A stretch of 64,000 nucleotides of DNA from Peptococcia bacterium (lineage in GTDB: Bacteria; Bacillota; Peptococcia; DRI-13; DTU073), in the NCBI GenBank assembly GCA_050951605.1, contig JBMNJJ010000009.1, forward strand, positions 66,361 through 130,360, in the 5' to 3' direction. A program made the position numbers and the translations under genes. Positions 47,253 through 56,462 of this stretch are shown piece by piece. The notes below the pieces were generated by a model. It had not been told where the DNA came from, did no database searches, and saw only the letters and a program-made list of their open reading frames with translations. How positions within the stretch are numbered: position 1 is the stretch's first letter; every line of letters begins with the position of its first letter.

Positions 47253-48166
47253 GGTGGCAAAGGATGACTTTTGTTTTATTGGTTGTAGTGGCGAGTTCTT
47301 TTTCACTAGGTTTATATTTGCTTATAGAGAAAGGAAGAAAAGAGGAAAAAGAGGGAGCAGAAGTGAGCAAGTTTACTGTTCCGAATGACAGTGTTTTAGC
47401 ACTACAAAGTAGTAGTAAAAACTTAATTGATTATGACGTTTATACAATGAGTAAAAGAGAATGGCTTTTTAATTTTTGTTTAGCCGCAAGTTTTTTATTA
47501 TTTGTTGCTTATATTTTTTATAGAAGTATTTTACTTGCAGTTCTAGTCATTCCCTTAGCGTTTTTTTATCCTCGTCTGAAGGCTAAAGAGATTATTGCCA
47601 AAAGAAAAAAGGAATTAAGTTTACAATTTAAAGAAGCTTTATATGCTCTTTCGTCTTCTTTAATGGTGGGGCGATCAGTGGAGTCGGCTTTCAAGGAATC
47701 TTTAAAAGACCTTTCTTTACTTTATCCTGACCCACAAATGTATATTATGCAAGAATTTACTTATATTACACGGCGTTTGACTATGAATGAAACAATAGAG
47801 GAAGCTTTGGCTGATTTTGCTCAGCGAGCACATTTAGAAGACTTGGATAGTTTTGTCGATGTTTTTGTAATTAGTAAAAGAACAGGTGGCAACATTGTAG
47901 AGGTTATCAGAAATACCTCTACAATTATTGGGGATAAACTGCAAATTAAACAAGAGATTGATACACTTTTAGCACAAAGAAAATTTGAGCAAAAAATATT
48001 GAATATGATGCCGCTGGGAATGATTTTACTTCTTACTTGGACGACGGGTGATTATATGGAACCGGTGTTTACAACATTAGAAGGGCGTTTAATTATGACG
48101 GTCTCCGTCTTATTGTTAGGTTTGGCTTATTATCTCTCGAAGAAGATTATGTCTATCGAGGTGTAG
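47249..48166 (+). CDS. TadB-like type II secretion system F-domain membrane protein
   Basis: 305 aa; N- and C-terminal TM helices flank a cytoplasmic T2SSF-like domain; 4-nt overlap with the tadA-like gene. Confidence 0.75.
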   Translation: MRWQRMTFVLLVVVASSFSLGLYLLIEKGRKEEKEGAEVSKFTVPNDSVLALQSSSKNLIDYDVYTMSKREWLFNFCLAASFLLFVAYIFYRSILLAVLVIPLAFFYPRLKAKEIIAKRKKELSLQFKEALYALSSSLMVGRSVESAFKESLKDLSLLYPDPQMYIMQEFTYITRRLTMNETIEEALADFAQRAHLEDLDSFVDVFVISKRTGGNIVEVIRNTSTIIGDKLQIKQEIDTLLAQRKFEQKILNMMPLGMILLLTWTTGDYMEPVFTTLEGRLIMTVSVLLLGLAYYLSKKIMSIEV

Positions 48167-48168
48167 AA

Positions 48169-49038
48169 ATGCTTAGTATTCTTTTTTTGTTAGTAGTGTT
48201 TTTGCTTAGTTTTTTATATTTTCAGTCTAAAAGCAAATATCAGGATTTTTTGTTACCACTTCAACACGAGGAATATCCTTTACGGAAAAGCTTTTTACCT
48301 ATGGGGCATTTTCTTTTGCAAACTATAAATTATGCCTACAAAACGCCGTATGATTGGAAATTATATAACAAATTAGCTGTTCTATATGGTTATAAGCAGG
48401 CTCGGTATTATCTTCAAGTTTATTGGGCAAATAAATTAGGTTATCTTCTTTTAGGTTTACTGATTTTATCTTTTTTCCTGGCAGTAATGGGAGAGCTAGA
48501 TTTAATTATGGGTGTCTTTTGTCTAGTAGTACTTTTTGCTGTTTTTTTTGCTCCTGACTATGAAATAAAAAAGAAAATAGCAAAGAGAAATTTATTAATG
48601 CGCTTAGATTTTCCTGATTTTTTAAATAAACTTACGTTACTGCTTAATGCTGGAATGACGTTCATTAAAGCTTGGGAAAGGATCGTACTTAATAATCAGA
48701 AAAGGACACCTTTTTATGAAGAGGTAGAAACTGTTATACAGGATATACAGCGAGGTAAATCTGAAACTCAAGCCTTGGAGGACTTTGCTAGAAGGTGCCG
48801 AGTCCCGGAAATAACGAGGTTTATAGCGGTGGTACTACAGAATATGAAAAAAGGTAGCGCAGAATTAGTCCCTGTATTAAGGTTACAGGCAAATGAATGT
48901 TGGGAAATGAGGAAAAATGCGGCGAAGCGATTAGGTGAAGAAGCTTCCACTAAGTTGTTGTTACCGATGATGTTAATGTTTATAGCTATACTTTTAATTG
49001 CTGCTGCTCCGGCGATATTAGCTTTAAAGGGCTTGTAA
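48169..49038 (+). CDS. TadC-like type II secretion system F-domain membrane protein
   Basis: 289 aa with the same architecture; follows the TadB-like gene. Confidence 0.75.
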   Translation: MLSILFLLVVFLLSFLYFQSKSKYQDFLLPLQHEEYPLRKSFLPMGHFLLQTINYAYKTPYDWKLYNKLAVLYGYKQARYYLQVYWANKLGYLLLGLLILSFFLAVMGELDLIMGVFCLVVLFAVFFAPDYEIKKKIAKRNLLMRLDFPDFLNKLTLLLNAGMTFIKAWERIVLNNQKRTPFYEEVETVIQDIQRGKSETQALEDFARRCRVPEITRFIAVVLQNMKKGSAELVPVLRLQANECWEMRKNAAKRLGEEASTKLLLPMMLMFIAILLIAAAPAILALKGL

Positions 49039-49080
49039 ATAAAATAAATATTTTGAGATTAAGTGGGAGGAGGTGTAGAG

Positions 49081-49293
49081 ATGCGTAAATTATTAAAGAG
49101 ATTATGGGTTGAGGAAAGTGGAATGGGAACTGTGGAAATAGTGATTATTGTTGCCATATTAGTGGGTGTAGCTCTTTTGTTTAGAAGTCAAATCACTAAT
49201 TTTGTTCGGGCAGCTACAGATAAGGTTTTTGATACGGACATAATTGATGAATCAATAAATGTAGGTGAACCTACTACATCTAATACACCTTAG
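49081..49293 (+). CDS. Flp-family type IVb pilin
   Basis: MRKLLKRLWVEESG/MGTVEIVIIVAILVGVALLF fits a G/xxxxE(Y/I) Flp-type cleavage motif followed by a hydrophobic helix. ATG 49081 sits behind GGGAGGAGG. Confidence 0.75.
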   Translation: MRKLLKRLWVEESGMGTVEIVIIVAILVGVALLFRSQITNFVRAATDKVFDTDIIDESINVGEPTTSNTP

Positions 49294-49299
49294 AAAAGT

Positions 49300-49465
49300 T
49301 TTAACCAAGGTACTGCAGGAGGGTATCCGTAGCTACAATCAGAACGTCCTAAAGCCCGGTTCGGAGTAATGCCGAGAGTTAGTAGGTTACGAGGACGATT
49401 AAGCAGGAAAATCTAATCGTGAGATTAGCAGCACGTGACTTTAGTCATGTGAGGTTCACTTTTTA
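49300..49465 (+). ncRNA. Candidate structured RNA / cis-regulatory element between the pilin gene and the tadG-like gene
   Basis: 197-nt non-coding gap that is clearly more GC-rich than its surroundings. Helices: cgtcct(49345-50)/aggacg(49392-97); tcgg/ccga hairpin; ctaatc-GTGA-gattag (GNRA loop); cacgtgac/gtcatgtg; then a T5 run. Confidence 0.4.
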
Positions 49466-49490
49466 AAAATGAGAAAGAGAAGATGGAGGA

Positions 49491-51383
49491 ATGAAGATTT
49501 TACACAATAACCGAGGTGCCATTTCTGTTTTTTTAATTATAATTTTTCTTGCGTTGTTGATGTTAGCGGGGTTAATTGTTGATATTTGTCGAATAATGGT
49601 TGCAGAAAGAAAAGTACAAAATGCCCTAGATACTGCAGTGCGGTCTGTTTTGGCAGAATATGATGAGGAATTAGTGGGGCAATTCGGTTTATATGGTGTA
49701 GCTTCTGAAGTTAAAGAAGAGAAGTTACAAAGGTATTTTCGCGTTAATTTACTGGAGCGACATCAAAGGTTTAATTTCATTAATTACAAAATAAACAAAG
49801 TAGAAATAAGTAGTTCTGTTCAAAAAAGCATGTTAAATGATGCTCTTTTTAAGGAGCAAATATGTCAATATATGAAATATAAAGGTCCTCTTTTAATTTC
49901 AAAAGATGTTGTTGATATTTTTTCAAAAGGTTCTCTAGCTAAAAAAGCTGATTTATTAAATTTAGGTCAAGAGGCTTCATATGATTTTAAAAGAATTGAG
50001 CAGAGTAAAAAAATATTAAATGAGGAAATGAAGAAAGTAACAGCTTGGGCAAAAGGTAGAGCCATTGAAAAAATAGTAACGATAGACAATATTAAAAGTG
50101 GTGTAGATGAATTAAACAAAATAGCACAAAGATTGCAAGAAAAAACAGGGTCTGCCAATACTAAATTTGTGGAGATAAAGGAAGAAGTTAATCAACTTTT
50201 GTTAGCTGAAAAAGAGCAGGGTTTAGAAAATGTGCAGGGATTTGAAAATGAGGAAGACTTAGAAAAATTAAAAGAAAAATTAAGCCATTTGCAAGGTGAC
50301 CTAAATTTTAATCAAAGGCTTTGGGAGCAAATCGCTTCTCTGGAAAAAGAAATGGCTAATTTAGATGGAAACGATATCGCTGGCAAAGCAACTTTAGATC
50401 AGCAAAGAAGGTACCTTTATAACCAATTACGTTCTTTAGATTCATTAGAACTCTTGTCTGATTCTGTAGCACAGGTTCCTCTTAACCCTAAAGAGATAAA
50501 GACTAAAAATAATCTGGTCCAAACATTAGAAGAACTTACGGGACGGAAAATTGCTGAAGATAATCCTGTTACTTTATTAATCAAGCCGGAGTATTTTCGT
50601 AAAGCTAATCAAAAAAGACTTCAAGAAAAAGCTAATACTTTAATGACGTTAGAACTTGGTCATGACCTGAAAAAAATATCTAAGCAGAATGACTTTGCGG
50701 AAAATGTAGGTGCAAACATTTTTAGCTATCTTTGTGAACTAAACCAACGAATTCAGGAAGCTGGTCAAAGTGGTAGAGATAAAACTTATCTTACGGAGTA
50801 TATCATGGACAAGTATACTTTTATTACTTCTCCGGTGAGTCGAGGTCATTATTTTGAGCATGGTGAAGTAGAATACATACTTTGTGGAAATAAACAGGAA
50901 TCTTTTAATATTACACAAGTTTTTTTGCAGATTTGGAGTATGCGTTGGGCGATAAATGCTATAGATCATTTTGCCCTTAATCCTGTGCCTTCTTTCACAG
51001 TTAGATTAGGGAAAGCTTTAGTAGGAGGATTTATTTGTGCCACCAAAGATATGCTTGATATGTATGGTGGAAAGGACATTCCTGTTTGTGCAAGTTTAGG
51101 GAAATTACCAGTCTGTTTGTCTTATTCCGACCATTTAAGAATATTATTGTTGATGCAAAATGAAAGTACGCAGTTAGAGAGGATGAGGCAATTGATGCAA
51201 ATAAATATAAGGCAGGTTCAGCCTGATTTTGAATTGAGAAATTATGTCACTATACTTACGGGAAAAGCAGAGGTAACAGTGAATTTATGGTTCGCTCCCC
51301 TTTTACAGTTAGACAAATTCGGTTTTAAACAGATTCAGGGTAATAAGTATCACCTGATAAAAACGTCTATACAGGGTTATTAA
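49491..51383 (+). CDS. TadG-like large pilus-associated protein
   Basis: The N-terminal NRGAISVFLIIIFLALLMLAGLIVDICR is typical of Tad/TadG N-terminal domains; the middle region is a long coiled coil. Confidence 0.6.
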   Translation: MKILHNNRGAISVFLIIIFLALLMLAGLIVDICRIMVAERKVQNALDTAVRSVLAEYDEELVGQFGLYGVASEVKEEKLQRYFRVNLLERHQRFNFINYKINKVEISSSVQKSMLNDALFKEQICQYMKYKGPLLISKDVVDIFSKGSLAKKADLLNLGQEASYDFKRIEQSKKILNEEMKKVTAWAKGRAIEKIVTIDNIKSGVDELNKIAQRLQEKTGSANTKFVEIKEEVNQLLLAEKEQGLENVQGFENEEDLEKLKEKLSHLQGDLNFNQRLWEQIASLEKEMANLDGNDIAGKATLDQQRRYLYNQLRSLDSLELLSDSVAQVPLNPKEIKTKNNLVQTLEELTGRKIAEDNPVTLLIKPEYFRKANQKRLQEKANTLMTLELGHDLKKISKQNDFAENVGANIFSYLCELNQRIQEAGQSGRDKTYLTEYIMDKYTFITSPVSRGHYFEHGEVEYILCGNKQESFNITQVFLQIWSMRWAINAIDHFALNPVPSFTVRLGKALVGGFICATKDMLDMYGGKDIPVCASLGKLPVCLSYSDHLRILLLMQNESTQLERMRQLMQINIRQVQPDFELRNYVTILTGKAEVTVNLWFAPLLQLDKFGFKQIQGNKYHLIKTSIQGY

Positions 51384-51403
51384 AAGGTATAAAAGGGGGC
51401 TCT

Positions 51404-52432
51404 ATGATGGTGAGGGGGTGGGGAAAAAGGAATAAGGGTTCTCTTACTGTGGAGGCTTGTCTTGCCTTTCCTGTATTTTTGGCGTTTTTTTATTTACTGC
51501 TTTTTTTTACGAAAGTAGCTTGTATCAATATTGTTTTGGATCATGCAGTCAAAGATACTGCTCGGCAGTTAGCAACAGTATCGTATCCGCTTAGATTTTT
51601 CAATGAACATATCGACCTAAAAATCGCCGAGGGAGAACAATTACCTAATTTTTTAGAAAATGAGTTAGCAAAAATTAAAGCAATAGGAAAAAGTACGCTT
51701 GAAAAAACACTTTTTGAGAGTATTTTAACTGGCAAACTACAAGAAGTTGATTTAGAAAAAATGTGGAAGAAGATAATAAATCAAGTAAAAGATGATGCTT
51801 ATAATTTGGTAGAAGGCGCGATTATGAAAGCTTTGCTAGAACCTTATTTTGATTTAAAAGGAGCAGGTCAGTATTATTTGGCGAAGGAAATTTTACATAA
51901 TCAGCTTCAGAATAGTTATCTTGACCTCGAAAAACTTAGTTTTACTTTAGTGGAATTACCTCAAGGTAATGCTGAATATCAGTATAAAAAAGATATATCG
52001 TGGTATTGCAATTCCCAATTAGAGCCGGATGTGGATTTTAGTAAAGATGATGTGGTACTTCAGTTAGAATATAGGGTTGTTTTGCCTGTCCCTTTTTTAG
52101 CATTACAGGAGATTCAACTTTGCCATGTTGCTGTGGAGAGGGCTTGGTTATATGGAGGCAATGGTCTTTATGCAGCTAATCGTGAAGAAGAAGGGATAAA
52201 TTTTACTAAGTATAGTAAGAAAGAGCAAGCAGGGTCAAAAGGGGAAGGGAAGGAGAATGAAGAGAAAGAGGTAGAATATGTTTATATTTGTCGTTCTCCT
52301 ACCGAAGTGTATCATTGTTTTCGAAATTGCAAATATATTTACGATAAAATAGGTGTGAGAAAAATAAGTTTGGAGGAAGCAAAAGAAAGGGGTTTGCGTG
52401 CCCATGCTGGGTGTCCGGAGTTATTTAAATAA
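51404..52432 (+). CDS. TadE-like pseudopilin with C-terminal Cys/His-rich module
   Basis: KGSLTVEACLAFPVFLAFFYLLLFF TadE-type N-terminus; C-terminal YVYICRSPTEVYHCFRNCKYIY...RAHAGCPELFK. Confidence 0.6.
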   Translation: MMVRGWGKRNKGSLTVEACLAFPVFLAFFYLLLFFTKVACINIVLDHAVKDTARQLATVSYPLRFFNEHIDLKIAEGEQLPNFLENELAKIKAIGKSTLEKTLFESILTGKLQEVDLEKMWKKIINQVKDDAYNLVEGAIMKALLEPYFDLKGAGQYYLAKEILHNQLQNSYLDLEKLSFTLVELPQGNAEYQYKKDISWYCNSQLEPDVDFSKDDVVLQLEYRVVLPVPFLALQEIQLCHVAVERAWLYGGNGLYAANREEEGINFTKYSKKEQAGSKGEGKENEEKEVEYVYICRSPTEVYHCFRNCKYIYDKIGVRKISLEEAKERGLRAHAGCPELFK

Positions 52433-53060
52433 AGGAAGTTATACTATAGAGGCTATTCTGATTTTGTCCACCTTGCTTATTATTCTTTTTTTGCTGTGTT
52501 TTTCTTTTATGATGATGTATCATCGGGTGCTTTTAACGAAAACAGCTTCTTTTGTTGCTCAGCAAGCAGCGAAGGAATGGCATCGGGAGCAAGGTTTATA
52601 TCATCGTGTTATGGAATTAGCTCAAGGCTCAAAGACTTTTGTCCAAACGGTAGAAGGGGATTTGACGGTAAGTGTAGGGAAGAGGGAAACCGGGATGGTT
52701 TCAGGACAAGGGGTTGCGGGAAAGTGTCAAGCAATTCAAAAAGAAGTTTTGGTACAACTGTATAAAACAATAAAAAAACCGAAGCGGACAACAGTCGAGG
52801 TACAGTATAATAGTGGACTAATTGCTCCGGAGGTAAAAGTAGTGATTATACAGGAGGTAGCAGTACCTTTTGGTCAGTTGAAAAAGTTTTTTTCCGGGAA
52901 GGATACTGTAATACTTATGGCGGAAGAAAAAGTAATAATTACGGAACCGGCAGAGTTTATTAGAAATGCAGATTTGTTGGTAGAATGTGCAGAAAGAGCA
53001 GGTCACAAGGTAAACTTGAGTGACTTTCGGGCAAAACTTGCCGGACTAGTAGAAAATTAG
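52404..53060 (+). CDS. TadE-like pseudopilin
   Basis: KGSYTIEAILILSTLLIILFLLCF N-terminus; overlaps the upstream gene. Confidence 0.55.
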   Translation: MLGVRSYLNKGSYTIEAILILSTLLIILFLLCFSFMMMYHRVLLTKTASFVAQQAAKEWHREQGLYHRVMELAQGSKTFVQTVEGDLTVSVGKRETGMVSGQGVAGKCQAIQKEVLVQLYKTIKKPKRTTVEVQYNSGLIAPEVKVVIIQEVAVPFGQLKKFFSGKDTVILMAEEKVIITEPAEFIRNADLLVECAERAGHKVNLSDFRAKLAGLVEN

Positions 53061-53102
53061 AAGTAGTTCATGGAAGGGTTGTCGGATAAGGAGGAAGTTG
53101 AT

Positions 53103-53987
53103 ATGTCTCCGAGAAAAAATAAATTACTTATAGATTTTAAAGTTAGTTTTATCAAGGATATGGGGGGGAATTATTTAGTAGTAAAATTACCCCAACAACA
53201 AAAAATAGTTCTTCACCAATTAGAAATAATTAACCGTAATTTACCTTTAGGGATTATTCCGATGGAAAAAAGGGAAATTAATAATCAAACTGCGCTTTAT
53301 TATTGCTTGAATTCGTATGTACCCCTTAGTTACTATTTAGAAAAGGAAGAAATAACTAGTGGAGAGTTAATTAAAATTTTAGATGAGATTGTGAATATAC
53401 TTTTGCAAAGTAAAAATTATCTTTTGTATGCGGCTAGTTTTCTTCTTCATCCTGATTACATTTATCTAAGTGCCGGGAGGCAAGAAATTTTCCTTCTGTA
53501 TCTTCCGGTTAAATTGCCGGGAAATGTTAATGCAAATTTTAGAGAATTACTAAAAAAAGTGGTTTCCGTTTGCGCTGATTTTCCACAAAATCTAGTTGCC
53601 TATAATGAAGAACAGTTTTTTAATTTACAAGGTTTTCGGGAGCAAGTAAAGAAGATAAAATTTTCTGAGCTAAAAAAGGGTGAAGAAATAAAAGAAAGGG
53701 TGAAACCGTTTCACTTAGAGTCGGAAGTTTTTTTATCCAGAGAGTTACAACATGAGGAAGGAGAAAAAAACTCTTTATTAAAAGACTTTACTCTAAAAAA
53801 GAAATTTATTACTGTCTTTGGTTTATTTCAACTTATAATCATTATTGTTCTTATGTTGCTTTCTCCTTGGCTTAATTCTTTTGGGAATACACTAACTATT
53901 TATGGTGGTCTTGCTTTGCTGATTGTTGTGTTTAATTTATTAATCTTAAGGTTTTTTTCTTTAAAGTATCCGCATTTTAAATTGTAG
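53103..53987 (+). CDS. Hypothetical membrane-anchored protein associated with the Tad locus (DUF6382-like N-domain)
   Basis: Soluble N-domain (DMGGNYLVV...ALYYCLNSYVPLSYYL...HPDYIYLS) plus two C-terminal TM helices. ATG 53103 sits behind AAGGAGGAAG. Confidence 0.45.
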   Translation: MSPRKNKLLIDFKVSFIKDMGGNYLVVKLPQQQKIVLHQLEIINRNLPLGIIPMEKREINNQTALYYCLNSYVPLSYYLEKEEITSGELIKILDEIVNILLQSKNYLLYAASFLLHPDYIYLSAGRQEIFLLYLPVKLPGNVNANFRELLKKVVSVCADFPQNLVAYNEEQFFNLQGFREQVKKIKFSELKKGEEIKERVKPFHLESEVFLSRELQHEEGEKNSLLKDFTLKKKFITVFGLFQLIIIIVLMLLSPWLNSFGNTLTIYGGLALLIVVFNLLILRFFSLKYPHFKL

Positions 53988-54068
53988 ATAGCTGAGGTTG
54001 TTTTCTGAAAACAATATAAGTGATATAATTAAAAGAAAACAAACTACAATTTGGAGGGCACATCCAAT

Positions 54069-55526
54069 ATGGTATGGGTTAAAAAAACTGTCTACATAAT
54101 TTTAATTATTATACTTTTAGTCTCTTTATATGGTGTTTTCAAACCACTTCCACAGGGACTTTCTTGGGAAGGAGAGCTTTTTGATGAGGCTAATGTGAAG
54201 TTTATTTATGACCTTACTTATGAACAAGAGGGACAGATTGTTCATCAACAGAATATTTTTCGAAAGGCTTTACAGATAATTGATGAAGCGGAAGATTTTA
54301 TTGTTCTGGATATGTTTTTATTTAATGATACTTATGACCGAAAATATGAATTTCCACAGTTAACGTCTACTTTGACCAACACACTTGTGCAGAAAAAAAG
54401 AGAGAACCCGGATGTGCAAATTGCTTTGCTTACTGATGAGATTAATACTTTTTACGGTTGTTATTTTCCTCAACATCTTGAAGAATTGAAAGAAAAGGGG
54501 ATTGAAGTAATTATTACTGATTTAAATGCTTTGCGAGATTCAAATCCTTTTTATTCCGGTTTGTGGAATACATTTATTCGTTGGTCCGGGACTAAGGGAA
54601 AAGGTTGGCTTCCTAATGCTTTTAGCCCACAGGCACCTAAAGTAACTGCCCGGGCTTATCTAAAAATGTTTAATTTCAAAGCAAATCACAGAAAAGTATT
54701 AGTTACCGAAAAGAAGGCTTTATTGACATCGGCTAATTTTCATGATGCTAGTGCTTTCCATTCTAATATTGCTTTTGTAGTAGAGGGGGAAATTATTGGG
54801 GATATTCTAGCTTCGGAAAAAGCAGTGGCAGCTTTTAGTGGTGTCGAACTTCCCCTGGTTTATACAGACGAACAAGCTAAAAATGATGAAAAGATGAAAA
54901 AGCTTATCAGTCCGGCTTTGCGAGATAGTTCACCCCAAGTGGAAGTTTGTTTATTAACTGAAGGTAAGATTAAAAAACATTTGTTAGAGGCAATAAAAAA
55001 GACGGAACAAGGAGATTCTATTTGGGCAGGGATGTTTTATCTTTCTGATCGTAAGGTAGTTAAGGAATTGTTAAAAGCATCTTGGCGAGGAGTAGAGGTT
55101 CGTTTAGTTTTAGACCCCAATAAAGATGCTTTTGGTTTTGAAAAAATTGGAATTCCGAATAGACCGGTAGCTGATGAGCTGGTTAAAGAGTCTGAAGAGA
55201 AAATAAAGATTAGGTGGTATAAGACACGTGGAGAGCAATATCATACGAAGCTTGTTTTTATTAAAGGAAGGGGAAAAAGTGTCATTATTGGTGGCTCAGC
55301 TAATTTAACGAAAAGAAATATTGATAATTATAATTTGGAGTCTAATTTAAAGATTGTCGCTGATAATGAAAGTATGATTGTGAAAGACCTGGAAAATTAT
55401 TTTCAGCGGATTTGGAATAATACAAGAGGGCTTTATACTGTGGATTTAGAAGAATATCGGGATCAGTCTTTTGCTAAAAGATTTTTGTATCTTTTCCAGG
55501 AATGGAGCGGATTTTCAACGGTTTAG
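54069..55526 (+). CDS. Phospholipase D / cardiolipin synthase-like protein (two HKD motifs), N-terminal TM
   Basis: NHRKVLVTEKKALLTSANF and YHTKLVFIKGRGKSVIIGGSANLTKRN. Confidence 0.8.
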   Translation: MVWVKKTVYIILIIILLVSLYGVFKPLPQGLSWEGELFDEANVKFIYDLTYEQEGQIVHQQNIFRKALQIIDEAEDFIVLDMFLFNDTYDRKYEFPQLTSTLTNTLVQKKRENPDVQIALLTDEINTFYGCYFPQHLEELKEKGIEVIITDLNALRDSNPFYSGLWNTFIRWSGTKGKGWLPNAFSPQAPKVTARAYLKMFNFKANHRKVLVTEKKALLTSANFHDASAFHSNIAFVVEGEIIGDILASEKAVAAFSGVELPLVYTDEQAKNDEKMKKLISPALRDSSPQVEVCLLTEGKIKKHLLEAIKKTEQGDSIWAGMFYLSDRKVVKELLKASWRGVEVRLVLDPNKDAFGFEKIGIPNRPVADELVKESEEKIKIRWYKTRGEQYHTKLVFIKGRGKSVIIGGSANLTKRNIDNYNLESNLKIVADNESMIVKDLENYFQRIWNNTRGLYTVDLEEYRDQSFAKRFLYLFQEWSGFSTV

Positions 55527-55532
55527 CAGTTG

Positions 55533-55561
55533 TTGACATATGACCATTATAGAGGTATGCT
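55533..55561 (+). promoter_or_regulatory. Promoter with CATATG-core site upstream of the mrp-like gene
   Basis: TTGACATATGACC: the -35 TTGACA overlaps CATATG, and TATGCT lies 17 nt downstream. Confidence 0.5.
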
Positions 55562-55612
55562 AAATGAAGCAATGGATAAATTAATTCGTCTAATTATTTG
55601 AGGAGGCATAAA

Positions 55613-56428
55613 ATGACTGAACAAAATAGTGCTTGCAGTAATTGTAGTAGTAAAGGTAGTGAAAGTTGTTCTTCGTGTAGTGAAGGGAAAAATGGTCATC
55701 AGCTTAATGAGGTTAAACATGTTTTGGCAGTAATGAGTGGGAAAGGTGGGGTCGGTAAATCAACGGTAGCAGCTCTATTAGCGGTAGCTTTGCAAAAAAA
55801 AGGCTATCAGGTAGGAATTTTAGATGCTGATATTACAGGACCTAGTATTCCTAAGCTTTTTGGTTTAAAAAAAGCACCTGATGTTACGGAATTAGGTATC
55901 TTTCCGGTGAAAAGCAAAACAGGGATTGCCATTATGTCTATTAATTTATTATTAGAACATGAAGATGACCCGGTAATTTGGCGTGGACCGGTAATTGCGG
56001 GGGTAATTAAGCAATTCTGGGAAGAAGTTATTTGGGGGAACTTAGATTACTTGATTGTAGATTTACCTCCTGGAACAGGGGATGCTCCTCTTACGGTAAT
56101 GCAGTCTTTACCACTTGAGGGTGCGGTTGTTGTCACTTCACCACAAGACTTAGCTGGTATGGTGGTGAAAAAAGCTATTAAAATGGCACAAAAGATGGAG
56201 GTCCCTTTGTTAGGGATTGTAGAAAATATGAGTTATTTAGTATGTCCGGATTGTGGGAAAAAACTTTATCCTTTTGGGGAAGGAAAAACAAAGTTAATGG
56301 CACAGGAGTTTGCTCTTCCCTTTATGGGAGTACTTCCTTTAGAACCTTCAACGAGTAGTTTGGGGGATCAGGGAAAAATTGAGGAAGCGACCAGTTATGA
56401 ATTACTGAAGATAGATTTACTAGTGTAG
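55613..56428 (+). CDS. Mrp/NBP35 (ApbC) family Fe-S cluster carrier ATPase
   Basis: Cys-rich N-terminus (CSNCSS...CSSCSE), deviant Walker A SGKGGVGKST, and the CPDCGKK motif. Confidence 0.88.
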   Translation: MTEQNSACSNCSSKGSESCSSCSEGKNGHQLNEVKHVLAVMSGKGGVGKSTVAALLAVALQKKGYQVGILDADITGPSIPKLFGLKKAPDVTELGIFPVKSKTGIAIMSINLLLEHEDDPVIWRGPVIAGVIKQFWEEVIWGNLDYLIVDLPPGTGDAPLTVMQSLPLEGAVVVTSPQDLAGMVVKKAIKMAQKMEVPLLGIVENMSYLVCPDCGKKLYPFGEGKTKLMAQEFALPFMGVLPLEPSTSSLGDQGKIEEATSYELLKIDLLV

Positions 56429-56462
56429 AGGAGAAATATAAAGGTGGAGGGAGTTGAGAGGT

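Noticed and set aside
49372-49400. The GAGTTAGTAG string in the Tad intergenic element recalled a segment of the C. difficile c-di-GMP-II riboswitch.
   Set aside because: The resemblance rests on my memory of a single sequence. The shared string occupies a different structural context here (after a stem, not within one). I could not find the other conserved features of either c-di-GMP class. The element is kept only as an unclassified structured RNA candidate.
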